Positions 27,276 through 37,314 of a DNA stretch of 64,000 bases are shown here, piece by piece (the stretch's first letter is position 1; each line of letters begins with the position of its first letter). Source of the DNA: a virus; the UHGV virus genome UHGV-0343432. One strand, written 5' to 3'. A program made the translations under genes and the position numbers. Below the pieces are notes generated by a model. That model did no database searches and was not told the DNA's origin. It was given only the letters and a program-made list of their open reading frames with translations.

Positions 27276-27865
27276 TTTAAAATCCTCCTATGTTTATATT
27301 CGTTAGTCAGGGAACACTTGATGAGTTTTTTAGGTGTGTGGTCCTTCAAAACGTATTTCTTGAAATCCAGTTTCTCCAGAACAATCACGTTCTCACACAT
27401 CTGGTAGAGATAAGACCCTTTCATCTTTGGTGTCCTACCTATTAGATTAGAAGGTCTAGAATCCCTTAGCTCTTTGATTTTCTCCGAGATGAGATTATAT
27501 ACACGTTTCTCAGCTAAAGCAATGGGATTACCCTTGACGAGTTTGTAGTTCTCCACCCTGTTTTTAATCTGAGTAACTACCTTGTATATACCTCTGAAAT
27601 ATTTGAGAAAATAGCCCACATAATCGGGTTTACCGTAAACCCTGAAAGTATGGGTTATCTCCTTATTCCCCTTGTATGATATCCTATCAATACAAACTAT
27701 CACCACTCCCAACTGAGAAGAGAGAAAGCTGGCTAACTCCACTTCTTTCAGGGTTAACCCATGCTTTAGCTCTATCTCTTTATAGAGTATATTTTGAGGG
27801 ACTATCAACTCATCCCACTTAATGGATGATACATCCTTCATGAACTGTTCATCTAATTTTTTCAT
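27266..27865 (-). CDS. hypothetical early protein
   Basis: ORF track. Confidence 0.35.
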   Translation of the reverse strand: MKKLDEQFMKDVSSIKWDELIVPQNILYKEIELKHGLTLKEVELASFLSSQLGVVIVCIDRISYKGNKEITHTFRVYGKPDYVGYFLKYFRGIYKVVTQIKNRVENYKLVKGNPIALAEKRVYNLISEKIKELRDSRPSNLIGRTPKMKGSYLYQMCENVIVLEKLDFKKYVLKDHTPKKLIKCSLTNEYKHRRILKWE

Positions 27866-28271
27866 AATCTGGTTCCATTAATTCCCGTTGCCAGGCTTTT
27901 ATAGTTTTCTTATAGCCCCAGTCAGTTGCCATTAAAATTACATCTTCTCTATGAGCTTCATAATCTTTGTGATCTTCTGTAAAATCAGGGTCATCTTCTT
28001 CTACGCCCTCATCATCACAATATTTCACATCGCAGATAGTAATGGGTTTCTCAGCTCCAACCTTAGTCATGTTGTAGAATAACTTATACAATAACCTTAA
28101 TCCTGGATCATTACCGCAGGTATCATCTATTACCTCTTCATTACCATCAAATATAGTGCCCAAGAAATCTAGGAATAATACTCTATATCTGAAGAACTTG
28201 GGTAATCTTGGTACCAAGTAATCATAGGCCTCGTAAAATTCTTTTCTACCGTAAAATGATTTCGTATCCAT
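27849..28271 (-). CDS. hypothetical acidic early protein
   Basis: ORF track; preceded by promoter copy 7. Confidence 0.35.
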   Translation of the reverse strand: MDTKSFYGRKEFYEAYDYLVPRLPKFFRYRVLFLDFLGTIFDGNEEVIDDTCGNDPGLRLLYKLFYNMTKVGAEKPITICDVKYCDDEGVEEDDPDFTEDHKDYEAHREDVILMATDWGYKKTIKAWQRELMEPDYEKIR

Positions 28272-28287
28272 AATATTGCATTTTTAA

Positions 28288-28340
28288 TTTATGCAAATAT
28301 AATATCCTATTATCCTATTTGCAAATCCTTAATTACCAAA
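28288..28340 (-). promoter_or_regulatory. conserved early promoter copy 7
   Basis: minus strand GGTAATTAAGGATTTGCAAATAGG...GGATATTATATTTGCAT. Confidence 0.55.
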
Positions 28341-28406
28341 ATAGGGAGGATTTTACCCTCCCTACCAAACATAAAATTCTAAGGCTGAATTAGTATGAAA
28401 CCGGCA

Positions 28407-28859
28407 TTACTTTTTACCTTTCTTACCTTTTTTCGGGACTTCGATATCGAGCTCTTTTGCAATGGCAACCCGGAGTTTCTCAACTTCGTCGTCATCGTCC
28501 TCGTCGTAGTCTTCGACATCAATATCTTCGAGTTCCTCGTCGTCAACCAATTCGGAGAGCTCATCGTAATCCATGTCTTTCAGGTCATCCCAATTGTATT
28601 CTTCACCTTCTTCTTCCTCCTCTTCTTCGTCGTCATCTTCTGGTTCTTCCTTTTTAGCCGGCTTTTTGGTTTCTTTTTTCTCTTCTTTTTTGGCTTCCTT
28701 CTTTGCAGGTTTTTTATCCTCCTCTTCTTCATCGTCATCCTCGTCTGCAATAGCCTCAGCCAATTTTTCCAGGTCCAAATCTTTCTTTACCAAAAGAACC
28801 TTTTCACCATCTTCTTCACCCAAGAAGTGTTTCTCATCGATTTGTTTTACAATTTTCAT
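28407..28859 (-). CDS. extremely acidic/charged low-complexity protein (D/E tracts, KKE repeats)
   Basis: EDDDDEEEEDKKPAKKEAKKEEKKETKKPAKKEEPEDDDEEEEEEEGEEY. Confidence 0.4.
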   Translation of the reverse strand: MKIVKQIDEKHFLGEEDGEKVLLVKKDLDLEKLAEAIADEDDDEEEEDKKPAKKEAKKEEKKETKKPAKKEEPEDDDEEEEEEEGEEYNWDDLKDMDYDELSELVDDEELEDIDVEDYDEDDDDEVEKLRVAIAKELDIEVPKKGKKGKK

Positions 28860-28932
28860 CTTTCTCTGTTTTTAGTTATTAATTAAATTAACCTTATTTC
28901 ATAAATTCAAGGTATATTAGTTCATCCAGTAT

Positions 28933-29598
28933 TTAAAACCGCTTAGAAGTAAGTTCCCTAGTTACATCCACTGCCCCAATAAATTCGGTTGAGAACCGGG
29001 TCCAAAGGGACAGAGCCATGTGATATCTGTAAAAAGGTCCATTGTCATACTTCCAATCTATTAATGTTTTTAGGATATTAGTTCCATAAACAAAGTCTTT
29101 GACAGGGACCTTAGTGTAATCTCTCTTCCCTGGCCTTCCCCCACCTAGAAATTCAATGATATGTTGAGCCCCTTTCACCTGATTCAGGATTATCTTGTCA
29201 GTAGTAAAGCTCTGTTTAAACCTATCCAAGAACTTGGGTAGGTCATCCTCTACACATCTAAGTAACCATACATCCTTTTGTAATTTCTCGGTATTGGCTC
29301 TCTTTATCCTGTTTCCCATCCTTTTCCTAGTCCTGTGGGCATGTCTCTTATCGATGATATTAGCTGGTTTGATATCATTTATAGCTTCACTAATAAGGGG
29401 TAATTTCCTTGGCTCAAACAAAGCTTGGTCTAGGGTAGATATCTTACAACCCATCTTTACCTTAAACTCATGTGGCTGAAAATAAACCTTTGCTATCTCT
29501 TCAGCCTCTACCTTAAACTGAAAAGGTTTATTGATAATCCCAGGCTTCAGAACATCTCTGAAGTCTAGGATATAATAATGCAAGTAAAGTATTTTCAT
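28933..29598 (-). CDS. hypothetical protein
   Basis: ORF track. Confidence 0.35.
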   Translation of the reverse strand: MKILYLHYYILDFRDVLKPGIINKPFQFKVEAEEIAKVYFQPHEFKVKMGCKISTLDQALFEPRKLPLISEAINDIKPANIIDKRHAHRTRKRMGNRIKRANTEKLQKDVWLLRCVEDDLPKFLDRFKQSFTTDKIILNQVKGAQHIIEFLGGGRPGKRDYTKVPVKDFVYGTNILKTLIDWKYDNGPFYRYHMALSLWTRFSTEFIGAVDVTRELTSKRF

Positions 29599-29801
29599 TT
29601 CTTTTTGAATTTCTCTTTGAATTTCTCTTCCATTTCCTTGTTAAATCTCTCTCCCTGTCTTTTTAGATTTTCTCCATAAAGATCCCAAATATCACCAGCT
29701 CGGTGTAGGTCTATTCTAGATGGACTTGACCTATACTTATCAAGGTCAACCTCTATGTATTTCCTTATCCCTTCGATTTCCTTTTTGCCTTGTTGTACCA
29801 T
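29595..29801 (-). CDS. hypothetical small protein
   Basis: ORF track. Confidence 0.3.
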   Translation of the reverse strand: MVQQGKKEIEGIRKYIEVDLDKYRSSPSRIDLHRAGDIWDLYGENLKRQGERFNKEMEEKFKEKFKKK

Positions 29802-30301
29802 ATTCCAATAGATTTAGGTGAAGCATCTGGGAAACTCTCCAATACAGTTTTCTCAGCTTCTTGTTTTGATAATCCCATTCTGAAACACTCAAAGGTTTTG
29901 GCTTTTGCAGTTCCAGCCATAACCCCATCAGTTGTTTTCTCCTTTTTCTTTCTCGGTGGTTTTTTACTCATCCCGGCAATCCTCTTCATCTTTACCACCA
30001 TACCATCATCATCTCTCTCACCAATAAAACCCAACCGGAGTGAAGGATGTATGAGCTCTTCTGCATCATCTCCCATTGTCATTCGAAGTTTCTTCTCCAC
30101 GTAATCATCAAACTCATCCAGTAATTGTGGGTTCTTGGGTTTATGCAAGTTCTCTATCCAAAAGGAGTACATCGTGGGGACATCTGCCTCAATTACATCA
30201 TCGAAAGGCATACCCCTTACAACACATTCTCTTTTAAAATCCCTTATGCTCATCTTATCCGCCTTGGAATAAGCATGAGCTCTTCCCTTATCCTTTGCCA
30301 T
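29765..30301 (-). CDS. hypothetical protein
   Basis: ORF track. Confidence 0.35.
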   Translation of the reverse strand: MAKDKGRAHAYSKADKMSIRDFKRECVVRGMPFDDVIEADVPTMYSFWIENLHKPKNPQLLDEFDDYVEKKLRMTMGDDAEELIHPSLRLGFIGERDDDGMVVKMKRIAGMSKKPPRKKKEKTTDGVMAGTAKAKTFECFRMGLSKQEAEKTVLESFPDASPKSIGIWYNKAKRKSKG

Positions 30302-30642
30302 TATTCAAAATCTTCTATGTCAATATCCTCAACCTCTATTTTATCATCTGGGAATTTATAATTCCAAAAATCCCGGTAAACTCTTTTAAAATCCTCGTTC
30401 TCTGGTCCCGCTTGGCCCATGTAAACGTATAACACCCAACTAATCTTGGGACAAGGTATCTTATGTACTATCTTATCCACTAACCATTCCCAAAACTCTT
30501 TCTGTGTGTTAGGGAATCTGGGAAAACTTGGAGTTGTGTTCTCCAATACATCTTTAAACAGGTGAGAGAACATAAACACCAGGTCATCCCTGTTTAATTC
30601 TCTAATCCCATTGTAATGCTCTAATAATACTTTACTTGCCAT
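30301..30642 (-). CDS. hypothetical early protein
   Basis: ORF track; preceded by promoter copy 8. Confidence 0.35.
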   Translation of the reverse strand: MASKVLLEHYNGIRELNRDDLVFMFSHLFKDVLENTTPSFPRFPNTQKEFWEWLVDKIVHKIPCPKISWVLYVYMGQAGPENEDFKRVYRDFWNYKFPDDKIEVEDIDIEDFE

Positions 30643-30667
30643 GTTTTTATTTATTATTAATTATTAA

Positions 30668-30720
30668 ATGCAATGCAAATATAAGTTCTTTTTTAATCCC
30701 ATGCAAATCCTATGTTACCT
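30668..30720 (-). promoter_or_regulatory. conserved early promoter copy 8
   Basis: minus strand GGTAACATAGGATTTGCATGGG...CTTATATTTGCATTGCATT. Confidence 0.5.
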
Positions 30721-31620
30721 TTTTTGCCCCTGTATTCGGGATATAACGTGTTTTCTGAAAACGTTAACGTTCTCTATTTCCTGGAAGTTGATAGCGTACT
30801 GTCTCGTGTCCCTAAACTTGGGCCAGAACTTTTGCCCCGACTTGGCTGACTTATCTTCACTCGTCAGATACTCAACTACCAGGTCAGCAAAGCTGTTTGC
30901 TAGTGTCTCGTTATCAAATACATATAAGTATAGATGTGTGAGTGCTTTTATATTCTTCTGAGAATACCTAACAGTGATAATTTTGTATCCCTTTTCAAAC
31001 TCTAAATGAATGAGTGGTAGATACATTTTCTGGTACTTCCCATTATACTCGTATAGCTCTCGAATAAACTCTATGGATTCCATTGGTATCCGAGATATAT
31101 TTCTTAGATGTTTTGCTTCTCTCGCTTTATTCCTTCTCTTGTACGCTGAGGGTTCTTGTAGGTTATCAGGTAAAACCCGGAAATTGTTCCAAGCATCAAA
31201 TTCCTTGATAAGGTTAAATATATCCCTATCACATTCATTCCTAGAATCTAGAAGCTTATCCATCCCTTCAGTGATTAACCTAACTCGGGATTCCTTTATA
31301 CTCCACACGGTAGAGTTATACATCCTACTGATAGCCTCTTTCGGTGTTAACCTTTGTTCTATCACTCCCTGAAAATATTCCCTGAAGTCCTTACCCACTA
31401 CAGACTCATCAGGGAATAATACACCATAAGTCTCATAATGTGTTGTGAACATCTCAAAGAACTTAACACATCTCTTCTGAATCTCCAGTAATTTGAAATG
31501 GGCTTTTTGTACTATCTCCCCGATTTCCCATGAGGATTTCCCATGAACAGCTGAAAGGTTGAGTACCAGCCTTTCTTCATCTGTAAGAATGTTCCAAGCT
31601 TTGTCGTTTTTACTCTTCAT
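30715..31620 (-). CDS. putative transcription regulator with sigma-70 region-4/LuxR-like HTH near N-terminus
   Basis: LTDEERLVLNLSAVHGKSSWEIGEIVQKAHFKLLEIQKR. Confidence 0.35.
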   Translation of the reverse strand: MKSKNDKAWNILTDEERLVLNLSAVHGKSSWEIGEIVQKAHFKLLEIQKRCVKFFEMFTTHYETYGVLFPDESVVGKDFREYFQGVIEQRLTPKEAISRMYNSTVWSIKESRVRLITEGMDKLLDSRNECDRDIFNLIKEFDAWNNFRVLPDNLQEPSAYKRRNKAREAKHLRNISRIPMESIEFIRELYEYNGKYQKMYLPLIHLEFEKGYKIITVRYSQKNIKALTHLYLYVFDNETLANSFADLVVEYLTSEDKSAKSGQKFWPKFRDTRQYAINFQEIENVNVFRKHVISRIQGQKR

Positions 31621-32284
31621 AATCTTCCATTTCTAATGATATGGTGGCATAAGCCTTATTCAATTTACTCTCTCCCACCTCTTCATAACCTTCTTCAAGG
31701 TAATCTGTACTGTTCATGTCGAAGTGGTACATGGTATAGTATATATTAAAGAAAGGTACTGTGATTTTTAGTGGAGTACCGTTTGACACTTCCACTGAAA
31801 TAACCATGTTCTCCTTTTCCTTGTTTATCTTCTCAACCTTTCCGTATAAACCTTCAAATGGATAACCACTTAGTTTTATACTATCCCCTATCTTTATATT
31901 CTCTTCTTGGTTATCACTGTATATGGATGACTGGCCAGCATCCTTGATTATACGGTTGACCTCTTTAGATGATACCATGGCGAAGTTAAATCCCTGGCTT
32001 GGTTTTGTACTATCTCTCAGATACCCAATAAGTAGGGGAATCTCTCTTTTCAGTTTTGTCAGGTAATCAATATCATATCTCCTAAACTTGGGTACTCTCA
32101 TAAACCCAAAATTAAATAGGTAGGGAACATCCTCGTAGTTATTTCTCCCCCTGTGTTTCCCTTTTAAAACTCGAGTTACTGGTACCACTATCTCTATCCC
32201 ATACTCCCTTTCTATCCTAGTAATATCAGTCTCAAGGAATTTATTCCTATCTATGTATATTATCATCCATGGCCAGTTTTTCAT
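31610..32284 (-). CDS. NusG-like transcription antitermination factor (NGN + KOW)
   Basis: N-terminal KNWPWMIIY (NusG-like KNWY motif); C-terminal KOW IGDSIKLSGYPFEGLYGKVEKINKEKENMVISVEV. Confidence 0.5.
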   Translation of the reverse strand: MKNWPWMIIYIDRNKFLETDITRIEREYGIEIVVPVTRVLKGKHRGRNNYEDVPYLFNFGFMRVPKFRRYDIDYLTKLKREIPLLIGYLRDSTKPSQGFNFAMVSSKEVNRIIKDAGQSSIYSDNQEENIKIGDSIKLSGYPFEGLYGKVEKINKEKENMVISVEVSNGTPLKITVPFFNIYYTMYHFDMNSTDYLEEGYEEVGESKLNKAYATISLEMEDYEE

Positions 32285-32285
32285 A

Positions 32286-32858
32286 CTATTCGGTTTTGTA
32301 GATTATTTTACAGTAAGGTTTAAATACCTTCTTATGTAGGTCTTTGTAGTTAATTTGTTTCAGGTCCTCTGAGTTAAGGATTACTATCCCACGATATTGA
32401 GATAGGTAAGAGATACACCCATATAAAACCGGGTAGAAGTTGAGTTCTCTTGCGATTTCGTTATAAACCTCGTTGTTCATCACCACGAAGAAGGTACCCT
32501 TTGCCATCCCGTTCCTATGGATAAAAAGCATGGGTACCTTCTTAACAGCCTTGGCATCTGAAGTACATTGGTCCCAGTAATGGTTTAACTTATCTGTATT
32601 CTTACCTTTAGTAGGGAGTAGGAGGTGTTCAAAAGCTATCTCTTTGGGGGCTTTCACCTCTATACTTATCCTACAATTTCTCTCGTGTTTTTTATCTGTA
32701 CAGATAACATCACCAGCTATAGATGTCCTATTTTGCCATCTAAGTCCTCCAGATTGAGGAACTCTTGAGAACTCATACCCAGTCCACTCTTTCATGAACT
32801 GAGTAACGGCTAATTCTAACCTGTTTCCTTTCTTTTTACTATTAATCCTGTCAGCCAT
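32286..32858 (-). CDS. PD-(D/E)xK nuclease, putative Holliday-junction resolvase-like
   Basis: GNRLELAV...AGDVIC...ISIEVKAP motif series; adjacent to sbcCD-like genes. Confidence 0.4.
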   Translation of the reverse strand: MADRINSKKKGNRLELAVTQFMKEWTGYEFSRVPQSGGLRWQNRTSIAGDVICTDKKHERNCRISIEVKAPKEIAFEHLLLPTKGKNTDKLNHYWDQCTSDAKAVKKVPMLFIHRNGMAKGTFFVVMNNEVYNEIARELNFYPVLYGCISYLSQYRGIVILNSEDLKQINYKDLHKKVFKPYCKIIYKTE

Positions 32859-32897
32859 ATTGTCTTGTCTTTGTTTACTATACCAGGTAGCATCATG

Positions 32898-34775
32898 CTA
32901 GCTGAGTAAGGTTGTAAAACCATTAACATTTTCCAACCTCACTATGGCTGAATTCTGAATATTAAAGTCTAAAAGGTGGGTTACTAGGAATATATTTTTC
33001 TCTTGAGCCTTGTCTTGCAAGATGTTAGCAACAACTTCCACGTTGGTAGTGTCTAGGGATTCAAATAACTCATCTCCTATAAATAACGCACATGGTTTAG
33101 TTTCTTGAACCACTTCATTTATGGCGAAGATAGTTGTCAGGTTTATGAGTTGTTGTTGACCCCCAGATAAGTCTTCATAGGGGACTTCAGTACCATACCT
33201 GTTCACCAATACTCTGATATCTCCATTGGCTGATTCCATGTCTACCCAGAAGACTACCTTAAATCCAGATAGATTCTCGTAATCCCCCAATCTCGAATTA
33301 ACCTGTTCCAGTAACATATTGAATAACCAGGGTTTTATTCCCTTGTTAGAGAATGTTTCCTTAGCGAAATTAACCCGATTTATTTCTACCTGCAATTTCA
33401 CCAATTTTTTCCTGATAACCTTGATTTTCTTGGTAAAGCTATCAAGCTTACTCTGGAGGTCCTCGATTTTGGTACCTGGCTCTGGTTTGTATTTCTCGAG
33501 TTTTACCTTGGCCAACTTCTCTTTCTCTCGCTCTATCTTACTCTTCAGGGATTCAGCTAATTTGGTGTCCTTTTTAGCTTCCAGGATTTTGTTTTCTAGT
33601 GCACTAATTTTGGAGAGTAAGTCTAAATACTCTTTCTTCATTTGATTTAAGCTAGAAAGATTTTCTATCTTAGCCAAAAGCTGTTTTTCATGTTGCTCCA
33701 TTGCAAGGGTGTAAGCTTTAATATCCCTGTTGAACCCGTCAATACGAGCCCTGAATGTCTCAGTAGCCTTTTCCTTATCTTTTTTAGAGTAAGGTCTACC
33801 ACACTCTTCACATACATCCGGGAAAGTCTCAATGTTTTTCGTGTATACAGCTATAGGTTTCTTACAGCCCTTAATGGCAGCTTCATCCAAACTGATATCA
33901 GTCCTTAACCTGGATATATCACTTTGACATTCATTATACTCTTTCTCCACGTTCTTGTAACACCCCCTCTCTTCTACCAGTTTTTTGAGTTGGTCCTCAT
34001 ATTCCCATATACTGTCATTTTTGGAATCTTCACTATCCTCTAACTCTTGCTCTAAATCTTGGATATTCTCCAACATGGATTTTATCTTTTCCTTATGAGC
34101 CTTGTGCCATGACCTCTCTAGGTTTTTAGATATCTCAATCCTTTCCTTGTAATTAGCGATATCACGTTTAAGCGCCTTTTCCTCTGATTGTAGAGAATTG
34201 AATTCTCCACTGATTTTACTCAATAGGTTATTAGCCCGAGTATAAGCATCCTGAAATATAGTGACTTCAAAGGCCTCCTCAAAGAATTTCTTCTTGTTAG
34301 AGGATTTATCATCCATTAGTCGTTGTTGCTTCTGACCAAAAATGACCGTGTTGAGAAATAACTCCTTAGAGTATGAGATAAGTCTATTAATCCTTGACTG
34401 TACCCCTTTCTTATCTCTTCCCGGGTCAAGTTTACCCCCCGAGTAGAAGAACAATCCATTTTTTCCAGCTCTTCCCTCGACCTTGCCTTTGTATTCGAAA
34501 CATCGTATGATTTTGTACTCTTCTCCATCTTTTTCAAAGTTAATTTCAACTAAGGTACCATTATACTCTTTGGGTCTGATATGCTCCCACATACCTACAG
34601 CTCCAGATATAGAATCACCGAATAAAGCCCAATACAGGGCATTTATCAGCTTACTCTTACCACTACCATTTCTGGCAGATATGATAGTTATCCCCATTTC
34701 TCTGGCTCCCCAATCAAATTCTAAGTATTTAATTGAGGCAAACCCCTCTATTCTCATTTTATGAAAGCTCAGCAT
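32898..34775 (-). CDS. SbcC/Rad50-like recombination ATPase (T4 gp46-like)
   Basis: N-terminal Walker A SARNGSGKSKLINAL, long coiled coil with CxxC hook (CEECG), C-terminal LSGGQQQL signature and DELFESLD Walker B. Confidence 0.75.
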   Translation of the reverse strand: MLSFHKMRIEGFASIKYLEFDWGAREMGITIISARNGSGKSKLINALYWALFGDSISGAVGMWEHIRPKEYNGTLVEINFEKDGEEYKIIRCFEYKGKVEGRAGKNGLFFYSGGKLDPGRDKKGVQSRINRLISYSKELFLNTVIFGQKQQRLMDDKSSNKKKFFEEAFEVTIFQDAYTRANNLLSKISGEFNSLQSEEKALKRDIANYKERIEISKNLERSWHKAHKEKIKSMLENIQDLEQELEDSEDSKNDSIWEYEDQLKKLVEERGCYKNVEKEYNECQSDISRLRTDISLDEAAIKGCKKPIAVYTKNIETFPDVCEECGRPYSKKDKEKATETFRARIDGFNRDIKAYTLAMEQHEKQLLAKIENLSSLNQMKKEYLDLLSKISALENKILEAKKDTKLAESLKSKIEREKEKLAKVKLEKYKPEPGTKIEDLQSKLDSFTKKIKVIRKKLVKLQVEINRVNFAKETFSNKGIKPWLFNMLLEQVNSRLGDYENLSGFKVVFWVDMESANGDIRVLVNRYGTEVPYEDLSGGQQQLINLTTIFAINEVVQETKPCALFIGDELFESLDTTNVEVVANILQDKAQEKNIFLVTHLLDFNIQNSAIVRLENVNGFTTLLS

Positions 34776-35730
34776 CGTTCAGTAAGTCTTTAAGTAATTT
34801 CCTTCTTTTCTTTCTCTTTTCCCCGATGTAGTCAGAGTAATCGTCTATCATACCTGACCAATCGTTCATTTTAATCTCATTAGTTGCTTTCCCATCCCTA
34901 GACTTAGTCTTGACGACTTTTCTTTTAATGTAACAGTCAAAATTTTTTCCGGGATCACCTTCGTATCGAAATTCCGGGAGTTCTGCCTTATGAAACTCAA
35001 ACCCATGTTTACCCAGTACCCAATACCCCATATCTGTACCCATATCACATACTCTCATTTGCATGGGTGACCCACACATTAAAATATTTTTACGGAGGAG
35101 TTGTGGTTTATGGATATGTCCACATACTACGTAATCGAAATTCTGGAAGAAGGTGCTCAGTTTACTCTGGTCTCCTTTCCTTTCACATCTCATACCATTT
35201 GTGTCTTCAGCTCCAGCCAATTCTTTGTGAATCAGTAAAACTCTCGGTGCATCATGTTTACTTTGGGAGCATACTCTCATTGCATTCTCTAATCCTACAT
35301 CATCTCTGAGATAAGGTATACCGAATACTCTGCAACCATTTACTTCTACCACTGAAAAATCAATACACTTCATAAAATGGTATATCTCTGAAAAGGTTTT
35401 CACCCAACTTGGAGATTTTATTGGGTCATCACCATCCCTATCGTGATTACCTGAAATACAGTATACCATTTCTCCACAGATATGGTCTATCTCTGAAAAA
35501 GTTTGGTTCACTAACCTAAATAGCTCGTTAGATATGTGGCTTGGGTTATGAAAAAGGTCCCCAGCGATGAGGACCTTGTTACCATTTGAATGGGCTTTAA
35601 AAACCAACTCTTTAAACCATGTTAGGAGCATCTTTGTCCTGTACAAGTCTTGGTTGAAAGTATTCCAATCATGGATATGTAAATCACCAAGACAATAAAA
35701 CTTACCGGTAATCTTCATGGTTAAAATCAT
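34759..35730 (-). CDS. SbcD/Mre11-like nuclease (T4 gp47-like)
   Basis: calcineurin-like phosphoesterase motifs GDLHI, GDLFH, GNHD, GHIH. Confidence 0.75.
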   Translation of the reverse strand: MILTMKITGKFYCLGDLHIHDWNTFNQDLYRTKMLLTWFKELVFKAHSNGNKVLIAGDLFHNPSHISNELFRLVNQTFSEIDHICGEMVYCISGNHDRDGDDPIKSPSWVKTFSEIYHFMKCIDFSVVEVNGCRVFGIPYLRDDVGLENAMRVCSQSKHDAPRVLLIHKELAGAEDTNGMRCERKGDQSKLSTFFQNFDYVVCGHIHKPQLLRKNILMCGSPMQMRVCDMGTDMGYWVLGKHGFEFHKAELPEFRYEGDPGKNFDCYIKRKVVKTKSRDGKATNEIKMNDWSGMIDDYSDYIGEKRKKRRKLLKDLLNDAELS

Positions 35731-36439
35731 TGTAGGTTATATACTCGTATAATTCTGAGAACTCATCTCCCTCGAACCCTCCTATATTCTCAATAATTTG
35801 AGCCACTGCCTTAAATCTCTTCTTAAACTCGGAGATATGGATGGTAGCTTCTTTGATAATGTTCTTCCTACCCAGGAATCTTAAATTACCCCACTCGAAA
35901 GGGATATTTTGTTCATGGTAGTAATGTTTCACGTTCTCCATGAAATACCGGAAGTCAAACCCTTTGAATAACAGGTTGGATTTTATCTGATACCCTTCAT
36001 CTGCTATACGTTTACCATCATTCTCGGTTTCCCATGAGAATGGTCGTATTAACCTGATAAATACTACGTTGTAATTCTCCAAATCATGTTGTAGCATTTC
36101 TATGCAGGTTTTGTTATATTCTCTTTGTAGTTGGTAGGGTTTATTACCATCCATGTAATATATCAGGTTATCAATGATTGACCTATCTGTTACGAAATTA
36201 TCATTATCCCCTAATACTTTTCTCCTGTTCTCAAGTATAGCTAACTGATATTTATGGGCCCAATTATAATCCCCTAATAACTGGAGTGCGTGTTCATGGG
36301 ATTTTACTCCAAACTCATCCCACACATTACTCGCTGATGTATTTATATAGGGTAAACCCAATTCTTTGGATATCAGTTTAGCTAAGGTTGTTTTTCCTAG
36401 ACCTGATGCTCCGCTGAGATAAACTCTTAAATGTTTCAT
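35702..36439 (-). CDS. P-loop deoxynucleotide/nucleoside kinase (T4 gp1-like dNMP kinase candidate)
   Basis: LSGASGLGKTTLAKL Walker A; FVTDRS...DN motif typical of dNK/AAA_28 kinases; 245 aa. Confidence 0.5.
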   Translation of the reverse strand: MKHLRVYLSGASGLGKTTLAKLISKELGLPYINTSASNVWDEFGVKSHEHALQLLGDYNWAHKYQLAILENRRKVLGDNDNFVTDRSIIDNLIYYMDGNKPYQLQREYNKTCIEMLQHDLENYNVVFIRLIRPFSWETENDGKRIADEGYQIKSNLLFKGFDFRYFMENVKHYYHEQNIPFEWGNLRFLGRKNIIKEATIHISEFKKRFKAVAQIIENIGGFEGDEFSELYEYITYNDFNHEDYR

Positions 36440-37313
36440 AGAATCCTTTATCTTTTAAGAATGATTTTAATGTAAAAGCTCCACAATAATTCTCGAACAA
36501 TGACTTGTTCGGAGTTGGGAATGGTTGATTCTTATACCAATTGATTTTCACATCCCGCATATACTTTAAGTGATATGCTCTCAATGATATCAAAAAGTGG
36601 TTCTTCTTATATATCTTCTGTAATGCGTTCTTGCTCACTACTGAGCTTATCTCTGACCCTCTTAAGAAGGCTTTGATTGACCCATACTTTTCAAGGAATT
36701 GTTGTGCTCTCTTCTCACCCACTAAAGGATATCCCTTAATATTATCCGAGTCATCACCGACCAAAGTAAGGTAATCCACAGTTTGCTTAGCTTCATACCC
36801 CTTAAAATGTTTGCAAGTGTTCACGGTTATTTTCTCTTGGCTATGTGGGTTATAAATAACTACATCCTTTGTCGTAGCCAACTGGTTGAAGTCTTTATCT
36901 GATGAGATGATTATGATTGTTCCCACTCTCTGTTTTTGCAGGAGTTTAACCACCGAGTAAATCATATCATCAGCTTCCTGGTCTGGGTTATGTACTACTG
37001 ATACACCCAAATTGTAGAGTCCTTCCATTACCTCTTCCTTTTGCCTTAGGAAATCTTCCTTATCAAAATCCAATTTCTGTACCCTAGAACCCTTATAATC
37101 TGGGCATATCTTTAACCGGTGTTTACTCCTGGCTCCATCGAATACCGCTATTACCAAATCGGGTTGAAATTTCCTTACCTGAGCCTCTACCACGAAAGGT
37201 ACTCCATATATAGCAGACGTGGGCCTACCACTCACGTCTGTAAATGAATTGAACCTGTGGTAAGCCCTGTGCATAAGGTTGTTTGCGTCAAATATTAATG
37301 CTGTTTCTACCAT
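36378..37313 (-). CDS. 5'-3' exonuclease / flap endonuclease (RNase H, FEN family)
   Basis: LIFDANNLMHRAYH...GRPTSAIYG, acidic clusters VFDG, GDDSDNIKG. Confidence 0.75.
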   Translation of the reverse strand: MVETALIFDANNLMHRAYHRFNSFTDVSGRPTSAIYGVPFVVEAQVRKFQPDLVIAVFDGARSKHRLKICPDYKGSRVQKLDFDKEDFLRQKEEVMEGLYNLGVSVVHNPDQEADDMIYSVVKLLQKQRVGTIIIISSDKDFNQLATTKDVVIYNPHSQEKITVNTCKHFKGYEAKQTVDYLTLVGDDSDNIKGYPLVGEKRAQQFLEKYGSIKAFLRGSEISSVVSKNALQKIYKKNHFLISLRAYHLKYMRDVKINWYKNQPFPTPNKSLFENYCGAFTLKSFLKDKGFYETFKSLSQRSIRSRKNNLS

Positions 37314-37314
37314 T

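Noticed and set aside
28395-28886. Plus-strand 163-aa Phe/Leu-rich ORF and the Ser-rich ORF 28573..28875
   Set aside because: Antisense translation of the GAA/GAG-rich acidic gene 28407..28859. This is a low-complexity artefact.
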